Positions 55,800 through 64,000 of a stretch of DNA of 64,000 nt are shown in pieces. The stretch lies in the NCBI GenBank assembly GCA_026400355.1, contig JAPLPE010000022.1, positions 141,507-205,506 on the forward strand, in the 5' to 3' direction. The stretch's first letter is position 1, and each line of letters opens with the position of its first letter. This DNA comes from Rhodobacterales bacterium (GTDB taxonomy: Bacteria > Pseudomonadota > Alphaproteobacteria > Rhodobacterales > Rhodobacteraceae). The position numbers and the translations under genes were made by a program. Below the pieces are notes generated by a model that was not told where the DNA came from, searched no databases, and saw only the letters and a program-made list of their open reading frames with translations.

Positions 55800-57062
55800 A
55801 TGCCGCAAAGCCGCAGACTGACACAACGTTCCATGGCCTTCGTCCTTGCCGGCGGCCGTGGAAGCCGTCTCAAGGAATTGACCGACCGTCGCGTCAAACC
55901 TGCCGTCTATTTCGGCGGCAAGGCCCGCATCATCGACTTTGCGCTGTCCAACGCGCTCAACTCCGGCATCCGCAAGGTTTCAGTGGCGACCCAGTACAAG
56001 GCGCACTCCCTCATCCGGCACCTGCAGCGCGGCTGGAACTTTTACCGCGCAGAACGGAACGAATTCCTCGACATCCTGCCTGCGTCCCAGCGGATGGATG
56101 AAACGTCTTGGTATCGTGGGACGGCGGATGCGGTCACGCAGAACATCGACATCGTCGACAGCTATGGCATAGACTACATCGTCATTTTGGCGGGCGATCA
56201 CATCTACAAGATGGATTACGAAATCATGATCCGCCAGCATGTTGAAACCAATGCCGACGTGACCATCGGCTGCCTGACCGTCCCCCGGATGGAGGCCAAG
56301 GCCTTTGGCGTCATGGCCACGGACGAAACCGGCCGCATCACATCCTTCCTTGAAAAGCCCAAGGACCCGCCCGCCATGCCGGACAACCCGAACATGGCGC
56401 TGGCCTCGATGGGCATCTACGTCTTCTCGTGGAAATTCCTGCGAGAACTGCTGCTCAAGGACAATGACGACACCAATTCCAGCCATGACTTCGGCAATGA
56501 CCTGATCCCCGAGATCGTCAAGAACGGCAAGGCCATGGCCCACCGGTTCGACGTCTCCTGCGTCCGCTCCTCGCCCGAAGCACCGGCCTACTGGAAGGAC
56601 GTGGGGACCGTCGATGCCTTCTGGGAAGCCAACATCGCCCTGACCGATTTCGTCCCTGACCTCGACCTCTGGGACAGGACATGGCCAATCTGGACCTATT
56701 CGGAAAGCGTGCCCCCCGCCAAGTTCATCCATGACGAAAAGGACCGGCGCGGGATCGCCATTTCCTCGATGGTCTCGGGCGGTTGCATCATCTCGGGGAC
56801 CGAGGTGCGCAATTCGCTACTCTTCACGCAGGTGCACACGAATTCCTACGCCGTGCTCGAACAGGCGGTCGTGCTGCCTTACGTCAACGTCGCCCGCCAT
56901 GCCCGCCTGCGGCGCGTGGTGATCGACCGGGGCGTGATGATCCCCGATGGCCTTGTCGTGGGCGAAGACCCGATCGAAGACTCCAAGTGGTTCCGCGTCA
57001 GCGAAAAGGGCGTGACGCTGATCACGCAGGACATGCTGGACAGGCGGGCCGCCTCGAAATGA
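55800..57062 (+). CDS. glgC: Glucose-1-phosphate adenylyltransferase
   Basis: [41 protein letters not shown]. The ATG at 55800 has GGGAGG upstream. The longer ORF-track extension overlaps glgB. Confidence 0.96.
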   Translation: MPQSRRLTQRSMAFVLAGGRGSRLKELTDRRVKPAVYFGGKARIIDFALSNALNSGIRKVSVATQYKAHSLIRHLQRGWNFYRAERNEFLDILPASQRMDETSWYRGTADAVTQNIDIVDSYGIDYIVILAGDHIYKMDYEIMIRQHVETNADVTIGCLTVPRMEAKAFGVMATDETGRITSFLEKPKDPPAMPDNPNMALASMGIYVFSWKFLRELLLKDNDDTNSSHDFGNDLIPEIVKNGKAMAHRFDVSCVRSSPEAPAYWKDVGTVDAFWEANIALTDFVPDLDLWDRTWPIWTYSESVPPAKFIHDEKDRRGIAISSMVSGGCIISGTEVRNSLLFTQVHTNSYAVLEQAVVLPYVNVARHARLRRVVIDRGVMIPDGLVVGEDPIEDSKWFRVSEKGVTLITQDMLDRRAASK

Positions 57063-58486
57063 CACGCGTCCTCTCGGTCGCGTCAGAATGCGCCCCGCTT
57101 GTGAAAACGGGCGGGCTGGCCGACGTCGTGGGCGCCCTTCCCGCGGCCCTCGCACGCCAAGGGGTCGAGATGCGAACGCTGCTCCCCTATTACCCCGCAG
57201 TTCAGTCCAAGGTCACTGTGACCGGGACTTTGTTCGATGTGGCCGACCTCTTTGGTGGTCCGGCGCGCATCCTGTCGGCCACGTCGGGGGCGCTGGATCT
57301 GATCCTGATCGACGCGGGCCATCTCTATGACCGGGCCGGTTCGATCTACATTGGTCCGGATGGGCGCGACTGGGGCGACAACCCCGAACGCTTTGCCGCC
57401 CTGTCCTGGGTCGCCGCAAAGACCGGCGCAGAAGGTGCCGGCGGCTGGACGCCCGAAGTGATCCACGCGCATGACTGGCAGGCGGGCTTCGTGCCGGAAT
57501 ACCTCCACATGATGGGGGCAACGTCCCGCGTGGGCACCATCCTGACCATCCACAACATCGCCTTTCACGGTCTGGCCGATCCGGGCCGCCTGGGCGCTCT
57601 CCGGCTGAACCGCAACCGCTATACCCGCGAAGGGTTCGAGTTCTGGGGCCGCATCTCGGCACTCAAGGCCGGGCTGATGGGCGCGGACCGCCTGACCACC
57701 GTATCGCCCACCTATGCCGCCGAACTCATGCGCGACGAATTCGGCATGGGGCTCGATGGTGTCATGCGCCTGCGGCGCGATGCGCTGTCGGGCATCCTGA
57801 ACGGGATAGATGAGGATGTGTGGAACCCCGCCACCGATCCGGCCATCATCCCCTACAAGAGCCTCAAGGAAAAAACTGTCAATAAGCAGGCACTTCGCAC
57901 GGAAATGGGGCTTCCCGACTCCGCCGGCCCGCTTTGTTGCGTCGTTTCCCGCCTGACCGAGCAGAAGGGTCTGGACCTCCTTCTCGAAACGCTGCCCACT
58001 CTTCTCCATCGGGGCGGCCAGCTTGCCCTTCTGGGGTCAGGGGAAAAATGGATGGAAGACGCTTTCCGCAACGCCGCGCGGGATGCCAACGTCGCTGTGA
58101 AGATCGGCTATGACGAGGGCCTGTCACATCGCCTGATCGCCGGTTCCGACGCGATCCTTGTGCCGTCCCGGTTCGAACCCTGCGGTCTCACGCAGCTGTA
58201 CGGTCTGCGCTATGGCACCATCCCGGTCGTGGCCTTGACGGGCGGTCTGGCCGATACGGTCATCCACGCTTCACCCGCCGCCCTTGGTATGGGTGTCGCC
58301 TCGGGAATACAGTTCAGCCCGGTTACGGCGGATGCGCTGCGCGGCGCACTGGTGCAGTCCTGTGACCTTTACGCACAACCCGCCGTCTGGGAACAGATGC
58401 AGGGCAACGCGATGCGCCAGCCCGTCGGCTGGGGCCCCTCGGCCAAGGCCTACGCCGGCCTCTACCGGGACGTTACTAAGCACTGA
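57059..58486 (+). CDS. glgA: Glycogen synthase
   Basis: [28 protein letters not shown]. There is an ATGA overlap with glgC. Confidence 0.96.
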   Translation: MTRVLSVASECAPLVKTGGLADVVGALPAALARQGVEMRTLLPYYPAVQSKVTVTGTLFDVADLFGGPARILSATSGALDLILIDAGHLYDRAGSIYIGPDGRDWGDNPERFAALSWVAAKTGAEGAGGWTPEVIHAHDWQAGFVPEYLHMMGATSRVGTILTIHNIAFHGLADPGRLGALRLNRNRYTREGFEFWGRISALKAGLMGADRLTTVSPTYAAELMRDEFGMGLDGVMRLRRDALSGILNGIDEDVWNPATDPAIIPYKSLKEKTVNKQALRTEMGLPDSAGPLCCVVSRLTEQKGLDLLLETLPTLLHRGGQLALLGSGEKWMEDAFRNAARDANVAVKIGYDEGLSHRLIAGSDAILVPSRFEPCGLTQLYGLRYGTIPVVALTGGLADTVIHASPAALGMGVASGIQFSPVTADALRGALVQSCDLYAQPAVWEQMQGNAMRQPVGWGPSAKAYAGLYRDVTKH

Positions 58487-60594
58487 TGCCCGTCCATTAT
58501 TCCATCCTGCCGGGGTATGCGGCCCCCCTTGGCGCGACTTTTGATGGCGAAGGCGTGAACTTTGCGGTGTTTTCGCAAAACGCCACGCGGATGACCCTGT
58601 GTCTGTTCGACGATCAGGGAAACGAATTCCTTCTCATCGACCTGCCCGAACATGACGGCCATGTATGGCATGGCTACGTCCCTGGCCTTCGCCCTGGTCA
58701 GCACTATGGCTACCGCGCCCACGGGCCCTATCGCCCCGACCTTGGCCACCGCTTCAACCCGCACAAGCTGCTGATCGACCCCTATGCGAAACGCCTGTCA
58801 GGCCATCCGCACTGGCACGATGCTCTCATGGGCTATGACGCCAGTGCCAAGCACGGCGACCTGACCTTCGACACGCGCAACTCAGCCCGCTACATGTCAC
58901 GTTCCATCGTTGTCGACACTGCCTTTTCGTGGGGCGGGGACAAGCCGCCGCGCCGACCCATGACGGAAACGGTCTTCTACGAGGCCCACGTCAAAGGGCT
59001 GACCGCCGCGCGTAAGGATGTGCCGCATGCAGGCACCTATCTGGGCCTCTGCGCTGACCCGGTCCTCGACCATCTTACGAAACTCGGCATCACCGCGATC
59101 GAGCTTCTCCCCATCCATGCCTTCCTCAATGACCGTTTCCTCGTGGACAAGGGGCTGACGAACTACTGGGGCTACATGACCATGGGCTTCTTTGCGCCCG
59201 AGCCCCGGTATGCCGTGGCCGATGAAATCTACGAGTTTCAGCATTTGGTCTCGCGGTTCCATGCGGTCGGGATCGAGGTGATCCTCGACGTGGTCTACAA
59301 CCACACCGCCGAAGGCAACCAGATGGGGCCGACCCTGTCATTCCGGGGACTCGACAACGCAAGCTACTACAGGCTGGCAGAAACGCCGCGCTATTACATC
59401 AACGATACGGGCACCGGTAACACGCTTAATCTTGAACACCCATTCGTGCTGCGCATGGTCATGGATTCGCTGCGCTACTGGGTCGAGGTGATGCATGTAG
59501 ACGGCTTTCGCTTTGATCTGGCCTCTACCTTGGGCCGCCGCGAAACCGGATTTGACCGCGACGCGCCATTCCTTCAAGCCATTCGGCAGGACCCGGTCCT
59601 CTCCAAGGTCAAGCTGATCGCCGAACCCTGGGATGTCGGCCCCGGTGGTTATCAGTTGGGCGCCTTCCCCCCGCCTTTCAGCGAATGGAACGACAAGTAC
59701 CGCGATCAGGTCCGCCGCTACTGGCGCGGCGACCCCGACATGACGCGCAAGATCGCAAGCCGCCTCTCGGCCTCCTCGGTCAAGTTCGACCACGACAACC
59801 GACCGGCGACCTCCTCGGTGAACTTCCTCACTGCCCATGACGGCTTCACACTTGCCGACACCGTGTCCTACAAGACCAAGCACAACGAGGCGAACGGCGA
59901 AAACAATCAGGACGGCCATTCCGAAAACTATTCCGACAACCTTGGTGTCGAAGGGCCTACGACCGACAAGGCCATCCTCACGGCCCGCGCCCAAAGACGG
60001 CGCAACATGATGGCAACACTCCTCCTGTCACAGGGCACGCCGCTGATCCTTTCCGGGGATGAGTTGGGCAACAGCCAGTCCGGCAACAACAATGCCTATT
60101 GTCAGGACAACGACATCGGCTGGGTCGACTGGGGCCGCGACAATCAGGGCAGCGACCCAGATTTCCTCCGCTTCGTCCAGCAGCTGATCGCCTTCCGCAA
60201 ACAGCACCCGATCCTGCGGCAAAAGCGGTTCCTGCATTCCCGCAACCGCGCGACGGACGGCAAGGAAGACCTGTTCTGGCGCCATTCGAGCGGCGAACCC
60301 ATGACCGACCCAGACTGGGCGAACCCTAACCTCCGCCATGTCGCGGTCGAAATGCGCACCGCCTCGGACACGCCGGAATATGCCGTCCTCGAATACGCCC
60401 TCTTTGCCGTCTTCAATGTGGGCGAGACGATCACCGTCTCCCTTCCCGCCCCGCCTGCAGGCCAGCGCTGGGTCCGCCATATCGACACGGCCCGCCCCTA
60501 TGCCGCCCCGAAACCTGCCAAGGTGCGCACCCAGATCCGCGCCACTTCCGTCGTGGTCCTCGTCCTTGAACCCGACCCAACCCAACACACCTGA
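58486..60594 (+). CDS. glgX: Glycogen debranching enzyme
   Basis: 702 aa. It has the GH13 GlgX-type motif YNHTAEGN. There is a TGATG overlap with glgA. Confidence 0.96.
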   Translation: MPVHYSILPGYAAPLGATFDGEGVNFAVFSQNATRMTLCLFDDQGNEFLLIDLPEHDGHVWHGYVPGLRPGQHYGYRAHGPYRPDLGHRFNPHKLLIDPYAKRLSGHPHWHDALMGYDASAKHGDLTFDTRNSARYMSRSIVVDTAFSWGGDKPPRRPMTETVFYEAHVKGLTAARKDVPHAGTYLGLCADPVLDHLTKLGITAIELLPIHAFLNDRFLVDKGLTNYWGYMTMGFFAPEPRYAVADEIYEFQHLVSRFHAVGIEVILDVVYNHTAEGNQMGPTLSFRGLDNASYYRLAETPRYYINDTGTGNTLNLEHPFVLRMVMDSLRYWVEVMHVDGFRFDLASTLGRRETGFDRDAPFLQAIRQDPVLSKVKLIAEPWDVGPGGYQLGAFPPPFSEWNDKYRDQVRRYWRGDPDMTRKIASRLSASSVKFDHDNRPATSSVNFLTAHDGFTLADTVSYKTKHNEANGENNQDGHSENYSDNLGVEGPTTDKAILTARAQRRRNMMATLLLSQGTPLILSGDELGNSQSGNNNAYCQDNDIGWVDWGRDNQGSDPDFLRFVQQLIAFRKQHPILRQKRFLHSRNRATDGKEDLFWRHSSGEPMTDPDWANPNLRHVAVEMRTASDTPEYAVLEYALFAVFNVGETITVSLPAPPAGQRWVRHIDTARPYAAPKPAKVRTQIRATSVVVLVLEPDPTQHT

Positions 60595-60777
60595 TCCGCG
60601 CCCCTGCCCCTTGTCTTCCACTTCCAGCTTCTTCCGGCCCCCGGTATCCTGTGGCGAGCCGAAGGCGGGGGGCAGCGCCCACCTTTCCCGCCGCCCTCCA
60701 GCATACTCCTTTGATCTGCAACCCCTTTCATCCGAAGCGAAACCGCTTCGCATCTGCGGGATGAGCCTCTAGACTGA

Positions 60778-62433
<1,656 letters not shown>

Positions 62434-62446
62434 TGCCGGCCGACCT

Positions 62447-62773
62447 ATGCCGCAAACCGTGAACCCGTTCGCCGCCGCGCTGATCCTTGCCTTCGTAGCG
62501 GTTATCGTTCTGGCCCGTTTCGTCCGGCGAAAACCGCCTGCCGGGGCGTCGGCCCCGACGGACCCGTCGGTCGTATGGATGCACAGCGATGCCGGGCGGC
62601 GGCCCGACACGCCGCCAGACCAGCCCGCCCGGGAAGCGATGCAAAGCAGTGATGCCGACCAGGATGATCCCGGCATGCCAGATAACGAGGCCGCCAGCAG
62701 GTCAGATACCGTCAGCGGCGACTCAGGTGGGGGTGGCGGCAAAGACAGCGGTGGCGGTGGTGGCAGCGATTAG
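62447..62773 (+). CDS. Small membrane-anchored protein with acidic/Gly-rich tail, hypothetical
   Basis: One N-terminal TM segment (FAAALILAFVAVIVLARF), then a disordered tail ending in GGGGGKDSGGGGGSD. Coding status is uncertain. Confidence 0.4.
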   Translation: MPQTVNPFAAALILAFVAVIVLARFVRRKPPAGASAPTDPSVVWMHSDAGRRPDTPPDQPAREAMQSSDADQDDPGMPDNEAASRSDTVSGDSGGGGGKDSGGGGGSD

Positions 62774-62793
62774 GCCGCCGTCTTCAGCGCGCG

Positions 62794-63600
62794 TCACGCG
62801 TCGCGGTTGGCGATCCAGTCATGGTCGGGATGGTTCCTAAACCGCCATTTGCGCAGCGGTCCGGCCATGACGTTCAGGTAGTACATCTCGTAACCATAGG
62901 GCGCGGCACAGGGATGATGGCCCTTGGGCACCAGAACCAGATCGTGGTTCGAGACGCTCATCGTTTCGTCGAGTGTCCCGTCCTCGGTCCACACTCGCTG
63001 ATGCCCATAGCCCTGTGACGGGTTCAGGCGGTGGTAATACGTCTCTTCCAGATAAGTCATGTTGGGGAAGTCATCCACATCATGACGATGCGGCGGATAG
63101 GACGACCAGTTCCCGGCGGGCGTGAAGACCTCGGTCACCAGAAGGCTTCCGGCGACGTCACGATCCTCCATGGCGATAGGATGGATGTAGCGGGTGTTGG
63201 CCCCTTTGCCGCGCGTGACTTGCCCTATCCCGTCCGGACCGAGTTTTTGCGCCGGAAAGCTAGCCTTGGCCGGTGCCGTACAAACGGCCAATGTCAACGT
63301 GGTTTCGGCAACGGCAGTCCAGTGACTGCTCCCCGGCACATACAGGCAATGGGGGGTCGACTTTTCGAACACATCCATCCGGTCGCCCATCAGGCCGAAA
63401 TCCTGACCTCCGGCTGTCAGGCGCGCCTTGCCTTCGACCAGCACCAGAATGACCTCGCGGTCGCCCGTCGCCTCGGCTGCGGCTTCATCGGGTGCAAGGC
63501 GGTAGAGCGAAAACCCGACATAGTTCCAGCCCGCGTCCTTGGCAGAAACCTCGTGAACCTTTCCGGTCGTGCCCTTGGGCTTACGCAGAAGCGTTGTCAT
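62794..63600 (-). CDS. iolB: 5-deoxy-glucuronate isomerase
   Basis: 268 aa, cupin-like IolB sequence (YPPHRHD...YYHR...GYGHQRV). Confidence 0.9.
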   Translation of the reverse strand: MTTLLRKPKGTTGKVHEVSAKDAGWNYVGFSLYRLAPDEAAAEATGDREVILVLVEGKARLTAGGQDFGLMGDRMDVFEKSTPHCLYVPGSSHWTAVAETTLTLAVCTAPAKASFPAQKLGPDGIGQVTRGKGANTRYIHPIAMEDRDVAGSLLVTEVFTPAGNWSSYPPHRHDVDDFPNMTYLEETYYHRLNPSQGYGHQRVWTEDGTLDETMSVSNHDLVLVPKGHHPCAAPYGYEMYYLNVMAGPLRKWRFRNHPDHDWIANRDA

Positions 63601-63854
63601 TCGGTCTTGTCCCCAGTGTTTTCTTCTGTCTTTTCAGCGGTTTCTTCCTCGGATTCCGTCTTGGGCATTCGGGGGTTGAAGGCGATAAAGAACTGGTAAA
63701 AGCAGTATACGCCCATGCCGCCGAACAGAATGCCCCAGAACGGACTGCCCCGGGTAAACTCCACCACCGTCCACATCAACAGCAGCGCCACGACGATGAC
63801 GCGGCGATAAAGCGGGATGAACCACGGGATCTGGACGTCGAACAGGCCGCCCAT
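63597..63854 (-). CDS. Small two-TM membrane protein, hypothetical
   Basis: 85-aa ORF overlapping the iolB start by 4 nt and abutting the iolE stop. It has an acidic C-terminal tail. Confidence 0.5.
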   Translation of the reverse strand: MGGLFDVQIPWFIPLYRRVIVVALLLMWTVVEFTRGSPFWGILFGGMGVYCFYQFFIAFNPRMPKTESEEETAEKTEENTGDKTE

Positions 63855-64000
63855 TTACGCGTTGAGCCCCGCTTCGCGGGCCATCGCCTTGAGCGCCTTC
63901 AGACCCATGCTCTGATAATCAAACGGAATGCGGACAGAAGGGTCCTGTTCCGCTTCGATCACGACCCAGCCGCTGTAGCCGACCGAGGCTGCCGCCCGCA
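63855..64000 (-). CDS. iolE: Myo-inosose-2 dehydratase (IolE), C-terminal fragment at the window edge
   Basis: Hand translation gives ...[42 protein letters not shown], ending at TAA (63855-63857). Confidence 0.65.
   Translation of the reverse strand, partial: RAAASVGYSGWVVIEAEQDPSVRIPFDYQSMGLKALKAMAREAGLNA

Overview
GC-rich alphaproteobacterial chromosomal segment; the gene content looks Rhodobacteraceae-like, which is an inference from protein families only. It is mostly core housekeeping and shows no obvious defence island.

Gene content in order:
- rpoH, rluD and tRNA-His.
- An SOS-boxed mmcB.
- A riboflavin cluster, nrdR-ribD ... ribE-orf-ribBA-ribH-nusB. It is split by an oppositely oriented capsule module, kpsS-OPX-kpsC.
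- An orphan iron ABC permease, sugE and gapR.
- A BigR-like sulfur operon.
- An IS110-family element next to a truncated histidine kinase.
- accBC, aat, mlaD, the NDUFA12-like gene, ridA and clpPX.
- A four-gene type I secretion operon encoding a 1335-aa Ig-repeat adhesin.
- A fructose-type ABC locus, glgBCAX-pgm and iolB/E.

Main non-routine observations:
1. A roughly 155-220 nt intergenic element occurs three times in the same orientation. Its substitutions keep base pairing only on the minus strand, so it is a candidate structured RNA family. One copy sits in the 450-nt gap upstream of ribBA, where no FMN riboswitch is recognisable.
2. A stop-rich, heavily nested roughly 290-nt structured region lies next to an SD-preceded 26-codon hydrophobic ORF. 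It is divergent from the LexA-boxed mmcB.
3. Decayed genes are unusually dense. Most were inactivated by in-frame TGA/TAG codons rather than indels.
4. The IS110 element has a doubly amber-interrupted transposase and long non-coding flanks that could carry a bridge-RNA-like ncRNA.

All calls come from reading the sequence and ORF track. No database search was run.
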